Assembly (NCBI GenBank): GCA_963834385.1 | Contig: CAWIBO010000002.1 | Location: 640,001 to 704,000, forward strand | Length of the DNA stretch: 64,000 nucleotides | DNA from: an uncultured Verrucomicrobiae bacterium | GTDB taxonomy: Bacteria; Verrucomicrobiota; Verrucomicrobiia; Chthoniobacterales; UBA10450 | Reading direction: 5' to 3' | Shown: piece by piece, positions 13,705 through 27,601 of the stretch | Numbering within the stretch: position 1 is the stretch's first letter | Layout: every line of letters starts with the position of its first letter | Translations under genes and position numbers: made by a program | Notes under the pieces: generated by a model | What the model saw: the letters and a program-made list of their open reading frames with translations, nothing else | Databases searched by the model: none | What the model was told of the DNA's origin: nothing

Positions 13705-14952
13705 GTGCGCCCGGAAGCTGCAGGCCCGCCCGGCAGGGTCAATCCCTCTCCCATCCCGGTCACCCCAGCCGGGGCCCGGCCTCGTCTCGACTCGCTCGAT
13801 CTGCTGCGCGGCGCGATCATGGTCCTGATGGCGCTCGATCATGCGCGCGATTATCTGAGCGCCGCCGTTCTCCTCTTTGAGCCGACCGATCTCGCCCGAA
13901 CGACGCCCGCGATTTTCCTGACCCGCTGGATCACGCATTTCTGCGCGCCGGTGTTCTTTCTGCTCGCCGGCACCGGGGCTTACCTTTCCCGGGGACGCGG
14001 CCGAACAACAAATGAGGTGGCGTGGTTTCTCGGCACACGCGGCCTCTGGCTGGTGGTCCTTGAACTGACCCTGGTCCACCTCGGCTGGATGTTCCGGTTC
14101 GATCCGCAGAACCTGGCCGGGCAGGTCATCTGGGCGCTGGGCTGGTCGATGGTGATCATGGCGGGCCTGGTTTACCTGCCGCTCCCGGCCATTGCCCTGT
14201 TCGGTCTCCTGCTCGTCGCAGGGCACAATCTTTTCGACGGCCTGGGGGCCGGGGCGTTCGGTTCGCTGGGCTGGCTTTGGCAAATCCTGCATGAGGGAGG
14301 CCCGATTCCCCTGGGCTCCTGGGGATTGCTTTTCATCGCCTATCCCCTCGTGCCCTGGGTGGGAGTCATGGCCGCAGGTTACGCGCTGGGCCCGGTCTTC
14401 CAGCGCGACCGGGTCGCGCGGCGCCGCACGCTCCTCCAGCTCGGCCTGCTCCTGACGGTGGCTTTCGTCCTCCTGCGCGCGTCGAATCTCTACGGTGATC
14501 CCCGGCCATGGACGTCCCAAAAGGATTGGATCTTCACCCTGTTCTCCTTCCTCGACTGCGCAAAATATCCGCCTTCACTCCTTTATCTGCTGATGACGCT
14601 GGGACCGGCGCTGCTTTTCCTGGCGTTTTTTGACGGAGCGCAGGGGCGCTGGACCCGGCCCTTCATTATTTTCGGGCGGGTGCCGCTCTTCTTTTACCTG
14701 TTGCACCTCCCGCTGATCCACGGGCTGGCGCTTCTCCTTTCCCTGATGCGGCACGGCCACGCCGCGGGTCTTCTCCAGACGCCTCCATTCTGGGGCCCGG
14801 AGGCGGCGGCGCTTTATCCGCCGGGTTACGGCTACACTCTTCCAATCGTTTACGCCTGCTGGATTGGCGTGGTCCTGCTGCTCCTGCCCTTGTGCCAATG
14901 GTTCGCGGCGCTGAAGCAGCGCCGGCGTGATGCCTGGCTCAGCTACTTCTGA
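13705..14952 (+). CDS. DUF1624 / HGSNAT-like membrane protein (start uncertain)
   Basis: RLDSLDLLRG..MALDHARD, RWITHFCAPVF, KYPPSL, FGRVPLFFYLLH; multiple TM helices. Confidence 0.8.
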   Translation: MRPEAAGPPGRVNPSPIPVTPAGARPRLDSLDLLRGAIMVLMALDHARDYLSAAVLLFEPTDLARTTPAIFLTRWITHFCAPVFFLLAGTGAYLSRGRGRTTNEVAWFLGTRGLWLVVLELTLVHLGWMFRFDPQNLAGQVIWALGWSMVIMAGLVYLPLPAIALFGLLLVAGHNLFDGLGAGAFGSLGWLWQILHEGGPIPLGSWGLLFIAYPLVPWVGVMAAGYALGPVFQRDRVARRRTLLQLGLLLTVAFVLLRASNLYGDPRPWTSQKDWIFTLFSFLDCAKYPPSLLYLLMTLGPALLFLAFFDGAQGRWTRPFIIFGRVPLFFYLLHLPLIHGLALLLSLMRHGHAAGLLQTPPFWGPEAAALYPPGYGYTLPIVYACWIGVVLLLLPLCQWFAALKQRRRDAWLSYF

Positions 14953-14988
14953 AGGTTCGCATCCCCTGCCCGGCCCGGTGGGATGGAA

Positions 14989-16200
14989 TCAGGAGTAAAG
15001 ATATTCGTCGTGATACTCGCGCTGCGGCGCGAACTGGACCTGGGCGTCCCCGGCCGTTTCCGGATACTCGAAGATTTTGCCCTCGTAGTTCCGGATGACG
15101 ATTTTCTCGTTGTCGTGATAAAGCACGTAATCCGGATTGACCGGGACCTTGCCGCCGCCGCCGGGGGCATCGATGACGAACTGCGGCACGCCGTAGCCGG
15201 TGGTGTGGCCGCGCAGCCCCTCGATGATTTCCACGCCCTTCGCGACCGAGGCGCGCAGGTGGGATGAGCCGGTGATCAGATCGCACTGGTAGAGGTAATA
15301 GGGACGCACCCGGCACATGAGCAGCTTGTGCACGAGCGTCTTCATCGTCTCCAGGTCGTCGTTCACGCCGCGCAGGAGCACGCTCTGGTTGCCGAGCGGG
15401 ATGCCGTGGTTGGCCAGGCGTTCCAGCGCCTCCTTCACCTCCGTGGTGAGCTCGCGCGGATGGTTCACGTGCACGCTCATCCAGAGCGGATGATACTTCT
15501 GCAGCATCGCGCAGAGCTCCGGCGTGATCCGCTGCGGCAGGAAAATCGGCACGCGCGTGCCGATGCGCAGAAACTCGATGTGCGGGATCGCCCGCAGGCG
15601 GCTGAGGATTTTCTCCAGCTTTGCCGTCGCTGAAGAGCAGGGCGTCGCCGCCGCGAAAGCAGCACGTCGCGAACCTCGGTGTGTTCCTCGAGATAACGGA
15701 AGGCGGCCTCGAATTCCGTGTGCAGTTCCTGCTCGCCCACGCCGCTCACCACGCGGCTGCGGGTGCAGTAGCGGCAGTAGCTGGCGCAGCGGTCGGTCAC
15801 CAGGAAGAGCACCCGGTCCGGATAGCGATGGACCAGGCCCGGGACCGGCATGTGCGAATCCTCGCCGCAGGGGTCCGCCATTTCGTAGGGCGACGTCCAG
15901 GTTTCCTCGATCCGGGGAATGACCTGGCGGCGGATCGGGCAATCCGGATTATTGGGCTCGATCAGGTTGAAGAAATGCGGGAGTGATGGCCAGGGCCAGC
16001 TTGTCGCCGGAGAGCAGCACGCCGGCGCGCTCTTCGGCAGAAAGCTGCAGATGACGTTCCAATTGCGGCAGCGACGTGACGCGATTCTTCAGCTGCCACT
16101 TCCAGTCATTCCACTGCTCCGCCGGCACCTCCGGGAAGTATCCCGGTGCGTGCGAAATAAACTGTCTGCCCTCGCTGTTCCCTGCGGTGAGATTCACCAT
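14989..16200 (-). CDS. kamA: KamA-family radical SAM lysine 2,3-aminomutase (frameshifts near 15980 and 15650)
   Basis: WNDWKWQ, DPCGE, GLVHRYPDRVL, CASYCRYC, NQSVLLRGVND, RPYYLYQCD, PGGGGKVP, RNYEG across three ORFs. Confidence 0.88.
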
Positions 16201-16220
16201 TATTCGATTTGTGGAAGAAA

Positions 16221-16248
16221 AACTTAAGGCTGTTAACTATCGTGTCAA
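16221..16248 (-). promoter_or_regulatory. Putative sigma70 promoter of kamA
   Basis: TTGACA-16 nt-TAAGTT, ending 20 nt upstream of the ATG. Confidence 0.55.
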
Positions 16249-16351
16249 CGGCACGCGAACCTTACGCACGGGAAGACCCGCGCGGTTGCCTTCCCGGGGT
16301 GGACGCACCGGCTTGAACGATGCAGGTTTCAGCGTGTCCAAGGTTTCTACC

Positions 16352-17833
16352 ATGCGCCCCCTCCTCCTGCTTTTCTCCCTTGCCCTCCTCCCCCTTGGCT
16401 CCGCCTGGGCCCAGTCCACCAGCCCGGTGGAATCGGCCCCCACTCCTGCAGTGGAACCTGCCGCCGCGGAAGCCGGGAAAGATGTGCTGCACCAGCTCAG
16501 TAACGCCTTCGCCCGGGTCTACGATATCGTGGCCCCGGCCGTGGTCGTGATCGAGGTCTCAAAGGAGGCCGGGGAGGCGCCCTCTCTCGAGGATCTTTTT
16601 TTCCGGGGCCAACCGGAGGAGGAGGATGGCAATCGGCGGCGACTGCCGCGCAACTTCGGACCGGCTGAAAGCGAAGGCTCCGGCTTTATCGTCCGGGCGG
16701 ACGGCTACATCTACACCAACAACCACGTCCTCGACGGCGCGAACAAGGTGCGGGTGAAGCTGAAGGACGGCCGTGAATTCGAGGCCAAAGTGGTGGGCAC
16801 GGATGAAAAAACCGATATCGCCGTGATCAAGGTCGAGGCCGACAACCTCCCGGTGGCGCAGATCGGCAACAGCGAATCGGTCCGGGTCGGGCAGTTTGCC
16901 TTCGCCATCGGCGCCCCCTACAAGCTCGATTACACCTTTACCTACGGCGTCATCAGCGGCAAAGGCCGGAACCGTCTCTTTGAATCAGGCGGCTATGCCA
17001 TCACCGATTTTATCCAGACGGACGCTTCCATTAATCCGGGCAACAGCGGCGGGCCGCTGTGCGATATCGACGGCAACGTCATCGGCATGAACACCCTGAT
17101 CAACGGGCTGAACCGCGGCCTCGGCTTCGCCATTCCCATCAATCAGGTCAACGAAATCGGGCAGCAGCTCATGGCCGGGAAGAAAATCCTCCGGCCCTGG
17201 CTCGGCATCCGCATCGAGACTCTTGGGCAGGACTCGAGCATCCGCGATCTCTTCAAGGGCCTGGAGAACGGCGTGGTCGTCCGCACCATTGAAGCCGACG
17301 CGCCCGCCTACAAGAGCGAACTGCGCCCGTTTGACGTCATCACCGCGGTGGACGGCAAGACCGTGGATTCCGACACGGCCCTGCAGCGCGAGATCCTGCG
17401 CAAGGAAATCGGCCAGAAGGTGGAGCTGACCGTCTGGCGCAAGGGGAAGACGGTGAAGATCCCGATTACCACAGGCGAACTGCCGGGCCAGGTCAGCCGC
17501 GCCGCCAACGTCCCCTCGGCCCCCGCCCCGGATGATCCGCCGGAGACGAACAAGTTCGGCGTCCAGGTGCAGGAACTGACAAAGGAGGTGGCGGACCGCC
17601 TGAAGCTGAACACCGACCAGGGCGTCATCGTCACCGGGGTGGACGACAACAGCCTGGCCTCGCGCCAGGACATTCAGCGGGAGGATGTCATCACCGAGAT
17701 TGACGGGCAGCCGGTGACCGACCTGAAAAGCTTTCGCGCGGCCCTGAACAAGGCCGACCCGCGGAAAGGCGTCCTGCTTTATCTCGACCGCAAGGGCACG
17801 AAGACCTTTGCTGTCTTGAAAGCGGACGGCTAG
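16352..17833 (+). CDS. degQ: HtrA/DegQ-family periplasmic serine protease with two PDZ domains
   Basis: Signal peptide; intact triad motifs TNNHV, TDIAV, INPGNSGGPL; two PDZ domains. Confidence 0.92.
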   Translation: MRPLLLLFSLALLPLGSAWAQSTSPVESAPTPAVEPAAAEAGKDVLHQLSNAFARVYDIVAPAVVVIEVSKEAGEAPSLEDLFFRGQPEEEDGNRRRLPRNFGPAESEGSGFIVRADGYIYTNNHVLDGANKVRVKLKDGREFEAKVVGTDEKTDIAVIKVEADNLPVAQIGNSESVRVGQFAFAIGAPYKLDYTFTYGVISGKGRNRLFESGGYAITDFIQTDASINPGNSGGPLCDIDGNVIGMNTLINGLNRGLGFAIPINQVNEIGQQLMAGKKILRPWLGIRIETLGQDSSIRDLFKGLENGVVVRTIEADAPAYKSELRPFDVITAVDGKTVDSDTALQREILRKEIGQKVELTVWRKGKTVKIPITTGELPGQVSRAANVPSAPAPDDPPETNKFGVQVQELTKEVADRLKLNTDQGVIVTGVDDNSLASRQDIQREDVITEIDGQPVTDLKSFRAALNKADPRKGVLLYLDRKGTKTFAVLKADG

Positions 17834-17887
17834 GCGGGATCAAATATTGGCACGCAGCGGCACCGGCCGTTACGTTCCCCTCTTAAC

Positions 17888-18301
17888 ATGATCTTCCAGC
17901 TGATCTACCGAAGCACCGCGGCGCGGCCTTTTTATCCGGGCGATTTGCTGGCGCTCCTGGAACAAAGCCGCCGCAACAACGAGCGGCTGGAGATCACGGG
18001 CATGCTTCTCTTTCGGGACGGCCAATTCATGCAATTGCTTGAAGGGGACGAAGAGGTCGTGCGAGCCCGCTTCGAGATCATCGCGCACGATCCCCGGCAC
18101 AAGTGGGTCCACCTGGTCATGAGCGGCCCGTCCGGCCGCCGCGAATTCACCGGCTGGTCCATGGGTTTTGACGAGGCGGAGCGCTCCTCCTACCCCGCAA
18201 TCTGGCAGGAACAACTCCCGGGGGCGCAACCCTTTCCCGAGCAGGAAAGCGTGGCCCGCACTCTTCTCCTCTCTTTCCGGCCGGAGTCAGCCGCCGCCTG
18301 A
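17888..18301 (+). CDS. Stand-alone BLUF blue-light sensor
   Basis: LIYRS, SRRNN..ITGMLL, FMQLLEG, DPRH, REFTGWSM. Confidence 0.92.
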   Translation: MIFQLIYRSTAARPFYPGDLLALLEQSRRNNERLEITGMLLFRDGQFMQLLEGDEEVVRARFEIIAHDPRHKWVHLVMSGPSGRREFTGWSMGFDEAERSSYPAIWQEQLPGAQPFPEQESVARTLLLSFRPESAAA

Positions 18302-18314
18302 AGCGCGGGCCAGG

Positions 18315-18536
18315 TCAGCCTTTGCGGCCGGCCACCACCAGGACGATACCGCCGACCAGGCAGAGGCCGCCCACGACCGGGCCGATCGGAATCTTGTGCT
18401 CGTTCTCCTTGTTGATCTCCAGCGGCCCGAGCTTGGCCACGTTTTCCTTCGTGGTAAAGCTGGTGTAGCCGCCATAGGCGAGGGCAACGATGCCGATGGC
18501 GATCAGGATGACGCCGATAATACCGACTGGTTTCAT
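18315..18536 (-). CDS. Small membrane protein (DUF3185-like)
   Basis: Two TM helices flanking TTKENVAKLGPLEI. Confidence 0.75.
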   Translation of the reverse strand: MKPVGIIGVILIAIGIVALAYGGYTSFTTKENVAKLGPLEINKENEHKIPIGPVVGGLCLVGGIVLVVAGRKG

Positions 18537-18562
18537 AAGGGATGGTCTTTCCGGGTGCCCTT

Positions 18563-18712
18563 TTAGAGGGGCCGTCGACCTTGGATCAAGTTAATAATCA
18601 GAACGACGAGAGCGATGACGAGGAGGATGTGGATAAAGTTCCCCAGCACGCCAAAACCGAGCCAGCCGAGGGCCCAGAGCACGAGAAGAATGACGAAGAT
18701 AGTCCAGAGCAT
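18563..18712 (-). CDS. lmo0937-family small membrane protein
   Basis: MLWTIFVILLVLWALG...FIHILLVIALVVLIINLIQGRR. Confidence 0.88.
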   Translation of the reverse strand: MLWTIFVILLVLWALGWLGFGVLGNFIHILLVIALVVLIINLIQGRRPL

Positions 18713-18766
18713 ATGTTTCCTTTTGTTGAGGTTACCAACGACTTCGCAAGCCGCTGGCTGGTCGCG

Positions 18767-18795
18767 CTTATGCACTTTTTATTTTTTTTCGTCAA
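18767..18795 (-). promoter_or_regulatory. Possible promoter for the lmo0937/DUF3185 pair
   Basis: TTGACG-17 nt-CATAAG in an AT-rich intergenic tract. Confidence 0.3.
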
Positions 18796-18868
18796 GAGAT
18801 GTCGATATTTCCAAAAAAAGCACTAATTGCTGGCCTCTCCTTTCGTTCCTCCCTAAAAATGGACGACG

Positions 18869-19475
18869 ATGAACCGTCTCACCCGACTCCTCTGGCTTCC
18901 GCTCTTCCCCATCTTTCTCGCCTGCGCCCACGATGGAACCGTGGTGCGCAAGGAGTTCCGACCCCTCTCCGCCTGCCTGAGTTACGGCATCGAGGGCATC
19001 TATAATTTTGTCCTGCGCGGTCGCGACGGTGTCCTGCGCAGCCAGATGGTGACGCGCGAGGTCTACTCCCGCTATCAGCCCGGCGATTATTTCAACGATC
19101 TCCAGCCGCCCCCCACCGGTTCCTACGCAGGCAAGCACGGCGACAAGCAGGTGATTGATGCCCCCCTGCCGGAACCCTGCTGCCCGCCCACCCCGCTGCC
19201 CCGTCTTTATTACGGCGATCCGGGCACAATCACTCCGCTCAGCGATCACCGGGGCCACAAGCCCACGGCCGCCGTGAAGAAGGAAACCGTCACCCGCCTG
19301 GCTGCAAAAAAATCGGGCCGGCCTGCCACCGCGCGCCTGGCGACCACCCGCAAAAAAGCGACGGGTAAGTCCTCGAACAGGACCGCCACGGTCTCCCGCC
19401 CGGTCAGAACTGCCCCGGCAGCAACGGCACGCCTCCAGACCCGGACCACCGCCGCGGCCTGGCGCAGTGTCCCGC

Positions 19476-19501
<26 letters not shown>
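18869..19501 (+). CDS. Hypothetical lipoprotein with a basic low-complexity C-terminus
   Basis: Signal peptide ending in FLAC lipobox; K/R/T/A-rich tail. Confidence 0.65.
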
Positions 19502-23354
<3,853 letters not shown>

Positions 23355-23358
23355 ACCG

Positions 23359-24411
23359 TCAGGGGGTGCGTTCCGCCGCGCTCGGGCGGGACTGCAGCCG
23401 CAGGGGGAGCGCCTGCTGCGGGGAAAGCGAGGAGGCGGTCACCGCGCTGCGCGCCGCCGGATGCCAGCTCGCCTCAACATCAAAGGTCAGTTTCTCTTCG
23501 CCACGCCGCACGGTCACCGGCACGGTTTCGCCGGCGGTGATAAAGAAAGAGGCGTCAATCACATCCTCCGGTTCGCGGACTTCGACGTTGCCCACCTGCA
23601 GAAGAATATCGCCCATCTGCGCGCCCGACTCGGCCGCGGGCGTTTCCGGCATGATCGCGGTCATCTGCGCGCGGGATTGTTCCACCCGCTCAGGCGCCTC
23701 ACCCACGTTGATGCCGACCCAGCCATGGCGGACCTCCCCAAAACGAACATAATCGCCCCGGATTTTCTCCGCGGCGTCGATCGGCAGAACATAACAGGAG
23801 GAGGCGTTCTCGAGGCTGCTCACCACCATCCCGACCACTTCACCGCGGAAATTCAGGAGCGGAGCCCCCGCTTCGCCCCGCTGCGTGGGCAGGTTTACCC
23901 GGAGATGCGTGGTGGCAAAATAGCGGCCGCGATACTTGCGGTCGAACCCGGCCACCATGCCAAAGCTGGGCGTCTGCGGCAGGTCGAGAGGAAACCCGAT
24001 CGTGACCACCGGGGTGGCGATCTCCAGCTGCGAGGATCTTCCAATCGGCAGAGCCTGGGTGGTGGCATCGATCTTGAGAATGGCGAGCCCGCTGCGCACA
24101 TCGGCCACGAGTTGTTGCGCCGGGTAGGTTTTCCCATCCATCTCCACGCTGAAACTTTCGGCGTCTCCACCCACCGAGTAGGCGGTGTAGAGCGTCCCGG
24201 TGGGATCAACGAAGAATCCGGTCCCGGAAAGCTCGCCATGTTTGTCGATGGCCTTGATCTTGACCACGGCGCGGGCGTGCCGGGCAAAGATGCCCTTGAC
24301 CTCCTGGCTGATGGAAGCCGCCACCGGGCCGGCCGGGGGCGATGCGGGGGAGGTCTCCTGGGCCGCGAGCGAAGCCGCGAGCAAAGGGGACAGGAAAAGC
24401 GTCCTGAACAT
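23359..24411 (-). CDS. HtrA/S1C-like protein with one PDZ domain; catalytic triad absent
   Basis: Signal peptide, GTGFFVD, IGFPL, GWVGI, PDZ domain; triad motifs read TAYSV, SGLAI and GEAGAP. Confidence 0.82.
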   Translation of the reverse strand: MFRTLFLSPLLAASLAAQETSPASPPAGPVAASISQEVKGIFARHARAVVKIKAIDKHGELSGTGFFVDPTGTLYTAYSVGGDAESFSVEMDGKTYPAQQLVADVRSGLAILKIDATTQALPIGRSSQLEIATPVVTIGFPLDLPQTPSFGMVAGFDRKYRGRYFATTHLRVNLPTQRGEAGAPLLNFRGEVVGMVVSSLENASSCYVLPIDAAEKIRGDYVRFGEVRHGWVGINVGEAPERVEQSRAQMTAIMPETPAAESGAQMGDILLQVGNVEVREPEDVIDASFFITAGETVPVTVRRGEEKLTFDVEASWHPAARSAVTASSLSPQQALPLRLQSRPSAAERTP

Positions 24412-24445
24412 GAAAACGAAACCGGGCTGGCCTGACCGGAACAGG

Positions 24446-24934
24446 CTAGAACCTGAACGACGCCGACTCATAACTCACGGGAGGACTATCCAGCACATAC
24501 CGCGGCGGCGCGGTCCGTTGAGTTTGAGGGGACTCCGTCACGCTGCGGAAAACCGGGGTGCGGAAATCGCGGGTGGCCACGGGACTATGGAGGCTCCAAT
24601 TGGCCGTCTCCGGCGCGGTCGTCTCGATGGCAGCGGCCTCAAACTGTGCCAGTCCGTTGGTTTCCGGGGCCTGGTAGACCTTCAGGGTCAGAACGGCGGC
24701 ACAGATCAGAACGGCCGCCGCGGCCACCGGATAGGAAGTGAGCGAAGGAACATTCAGGTTCAGCATGAAGTCCTGCGCCCGCTGCAGGGCGAGGCGCCAG
24801 AGCGGCTGCCGCAGCAGTTCATCGCGCTGGCGGCGATGAAACTCGTGAATGAAATTATCGAAGTAGCCCGGCGGCGGCTGCTCAAATTTTTTGAGCCGCA
24901 GCAATTTTCCGATTTCCTGGTCGAGATTATCCAT
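24446..24934 (-). CDS. Putative single-TM anti-sigma factor
   Basis: Directly downstream of the ECF sigma gene; LLRLKKFEQPPPGYF N-terminal domain plus one TM helix. Confidence 0.6.
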   Translation of the reverse strand: MDNLDQEIGKLLRLKKFEQPPPGYFDNFIHEFHRRQRDELLRQPLWRLALQRAQDFMLNLNVPSLTSYPVAAAAVLICAAVLTLKVYQAPETNGLAQFEAAAIETTAPETANWSLHSPVATRDFRTPVFRSVTESPQTQRTAPPRYVLDSPPVSYESASFRF

Positions 24935-24954
24935 GGGGGTTTGAGCCGGTCTGT

Positions 24955-25650
24955 CTAGGCAACAGGATTCTTCCGGAACTCGTCCAGATAATTCTGCAAT
25001 TGCCGGTTCGCGTAAAAGAGCCGGGACCGTACCGTACCCTCGGAGACGCGTAATATTTTACTGATTTCTGCATGGGGCATGCCCTGAATGTGGAACATGG
25101 TGACGACCGCTCTGTGTTCATCAGACAATTTCATCATGGCCTCGTTCAATCTTCGCTGCAGTTCGGACAGGTCGGCCTCGCGGACCGGACTGCTGGTGGC
25201 GGTCAGCTCAAGGAACTCCTTGTCGTTGTGGACGCTGCCGTCCACGTCATCCAGGCTCAGGTGAAAGCGCCGCCCCCGCTTTTTCAGGAAATTAAGTGTC
25301 ATGTTCACCGCGATCGAGTGAATCCAGGTGTAAAAGGAGGATTTGCCCCGGAACCCGCGGATTGACTTGTAGGCCTTCGAAAACACGTCCTGCAGCAGGT
25401 CGTTCGTGTCCTCGTGGTTCGAGGTCATGTTGTAGACCAGCCCGTAAAGCCGGGGGGTATACTTGATCACCAGCTGGTCAAAGGCGGAGGCGTCGCCCTC
25501 CTGAGCGCGCGCCACCAACTCCTGGTCGTCATCGGTCCGCGGCTGATCCATCACCTTGCGCCCAGCTTTAGCACGCGAGGAGAGCCCGGACGACAACAAT
25601 CCGGAAAGTCGTCCAGTTACAGGCACGGCCAGTGATTCACCCATCGCCAT
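24955..25650 (-). CDS. ECF sigma factor (RpoE-like); alternative start at 25551
   Basis: AFDQLV, DLLQDVF, FRGKSSFYTW, EISKIL..GTVRSRL; TGATG coupling with the upstream gene. Confidence 0.92.
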   Translation of the reverse strand: MAMGESLAVPVTGRLSGLLSSGLSSRAKAGRKVMDQPRTDDDQELVARAQEGDASAFDQLVIKYTPRLYGLVYNMTSNHEDTNDLLQDVFSKAYKSIRGFRGKSSFYTWIHSIAVNMTLNFLKKRGRRFHLSLDDVDGSVHNDKEFLELTATSSPVREADLSELQRRLNEAMMKLSDEHRAVVTMFHIQGMPHAEISKILRVSEGTVRSRLFYANRQLQNYLDEFRKNPVA

Positions 25651-26351
25651 CAGCCCCGGCGGTCCCGCAATAAAATAAGGTAGATCAGGTTGCCGAGGGC
25701 GGCGATGAAGGCCGCCACGTAGGTAAGGGCGGCGGCATTCAAGACCTTGCTGACGCCGGAAGCCTCGTGCCCCGCCTGCACCATCCCCATCTCGGAGAGG
25801 ATCACCTTGGCCCGGCGCGAGGCGTCAAACTCCACCGGGAGGGTGATGAGCTGGAATCCCAGGATGATGAGGTAACAATAAATCCCCAGCGTGATCAGGC
25901 CGGTAATCTGGAAGAAAATGCCGCCAAAAATGACAAAAGGAAGCAGCTGCGAGGAAACCTGGGTCAGGGGCACAATGGCCATCCGCCATTTCAGAGGCGC
26001 GTAGGCCTTGGCATGCTGGATGGCGTGGCCGCTCTCGTGCGCCGCAATCCCCAGCGCCGCCACTGAGGGCGTATGATAGACGTTCGTGGAAAGGCACAGA
26101 CGCTTCTTTGAGGGATCATAGTGATCGCCCAGGAAATCGTTGGTCTCCACCACCTCGACATCGTGGATCTGCGCCGCGCGCAGAATATCCCGAGCCGCCT
26201 CGGCACCGGTGATGTTGGAGCTGGCCCGCACTTCGCCCCATTTCTTGAAAGCGCCGCTCACGCGCATCTGCGCCCAGAGGCCGACAATGAGCGGGACGCC
26301 AATAAGAAGCATCCAGCTGCCAATTCCTCCACCAAGTCCTATCGGGTACAT
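25650..26351 (-). CDS. YugP-like membrane zinc metallopeptidase
   Basis: TGAEAA, DHYDP, AAHESGHAIQH (HExxH), TLPVEFDASRRA, AAALTYVA. Confidence 0.92.
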   Translation of the reverse strand: MYPIGLGGGIGSWMLLIGVPLIVGLWAQMRVSGAFKKWGEVRASSNITGAEAARDILRAAQIHDVEVVETNDFLGDHYDPSKKRLCLSTNVYHTPSVAALGIAAHESGHAIQHAKAYAPLKWRMAIVPLTQVSSQLLPFVIFGGIFFQITGLITLGIYCYLIILGFQLITLPVEFDASRRAKVILSEMGMVQAGHEASGVSKVLNAAALTYVAAFIAALGNLIYLILLRDRRG

Positions 26352-26428
26352 AATTCTTCTGTTTCTCCTGCCCTCTTAGACCGCCGAGGCGCTGATTCGT
26401 TCATCCACCAGCCGGCTGACGCCCAAAC

Positions 26429-27601
26429 CTACACCTCGAGAAATTTTTCGAGGCGCGAAAGCAGGCGGATGCCGGTTTTCGTCAGCACCACCACATCTTC
26501 CAGGCGAACACCGCCCAGCCCGGGATAATACAGGCCCGGTTCCACGGTGAGGGTCTGCCCTTCCTTGAAAACGGTTTTCTGAAAGCGCGGGTACTCATGG
26601 ATCTCGAGCCCGAGACCGTGGCCCGTCCCGTGGAAAAACCCGGTCTGGCGGCCCTGGCTCACCCGCGTGGGATAACCCTCGCGGGTGAAGAAGTCCTTGA
26701 TCTCATGGTGCAAGGCGAGGCCGTCGACACCCGGCTTCATTTTTTTCAGGCCGAGTTCCTGGCCGCGGCGCACGGTCTCCCAGAGCGCGCGCTGCTCCTC
26801 GCTCGCGCGTCCCCGCACCACCGTGCGGGTGAGGTCGCCATAGTAACCGGTGGCGGCATCGCGGGGGAACACATCCAGGATGATGAGCGAATTCGCCTTG
26901 AGCGGCCCCGAGCCTCTTTCATGGGGATCGCACGCCTGGTCGCCCCCGGCCACAATGGTGTTGGCCGGCAATCCACCGGCCCGCAGCACGGCGGAATCGA
27001 TCTCGGCCCGGAGAATCTCGGAGGTCAGCGTTTTGCCCTGCCAGGTCAGCCGGCGACCGCGCCCGATGCGGGACCGGCGCAGCACCTCGATCCCGCGGGC
27101 CATGCCGGTCTCGGTGATGATCAGGGCGCGCCGCATCAGCTTCTGTTCCTCCGCCGTCTTGGTCTCCCGTTCCGGCCAGAAGAGGCCGTCGACCGCCCGC
27201 AGCCGGATATTCCGCCGCTGCAGCCGCTGAGCGAACCCCAGCGGAAAAGTGGAAGGGACCAGGGCGGACCGGATACCCCGGCTTTGGAGGAAATGAGCCA
27301 GCACTTCCACGTAGGGCGGTGCCTTCCGGGCCGATCCCTGCACTTCGCTTTCGAAGCGCGAGTAGGGCAGCACCTGGTCGACCTCCGCCTGCCGCCGGCC
27401 GCGATCAATCTCGAGGTCGCTCAGGACAATCGTGCGGCGCCCTTTTTGTTCCAAAAAGATGAAGGGATCCGGCACAAAGAGGCGGGTCGCGTAAAGCATG
27501 TCCGGATCGGTCTCGCTTGCGGCGACGATCAGCCGGACGGGTGAGGCGGTCTTTTTTCTTGGCACGGTCACAGATGTAACGCGCCCGGCGGCCCTTGTCA
27601 T
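26429..27601 (-). CDS. Xaa-Pro aminopeptidase (M24 family)
   Basis: DPH, ILD, YGDLTRT, HGTGHGLGLEIHE, TVEPGLY, GVRLED. Confidence 0.9.
   Translation of the reverse strand: MTRAAGRVTSVTVPRKKTASPVRLIVAASETDPDMLYATRLFVPDPFIFLEQKGRRTIVLSDLEIDRGRRQAEVDQVLPYSRFESEVQGSARKAPPYVEVLAHFLQSRGIRSALVPSTFPLGFAQRLQRRNIRLRAVDGLFWPERETKTAEEQKLMRRALIITETGMARGIEVLRRSRIGRGRRLTWQGKTLTSEILRAEIDSAVLRAGGLPANTIVAGGDQACDPHERGSGPLKANSLIILDVFPRDAATGYYGDLTRTVVRGRASEEQRALWETVRRGQELGLKKMKPGVDGLALHHEIKDFFTREGYPTRVSQGRQTGFFHGTGHGLGLEIHEYPRFQKTVFKEGQTLTVEPGLYYPGLGGVRLEDVVVLTKTGIRLLSRLEKFLEV

Noticed and set aside
14989..16200. KamA-family gene as EF-P modification enzyme EpmB
   Set aside because: No efp or epmA gene is adjacent, and the WNDWKWQ and RNYEG features fit lysine 2,3-aminomutase-type proteins; the substrate is not proven.
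17848..17862. TGGCACGCAGCGGCA upstream of BLUF as a sigma54 promoter
   Set aside because: GG-to-GC spacing is 9 rather than 10; it would qualify only if a base was lost to an indel error.
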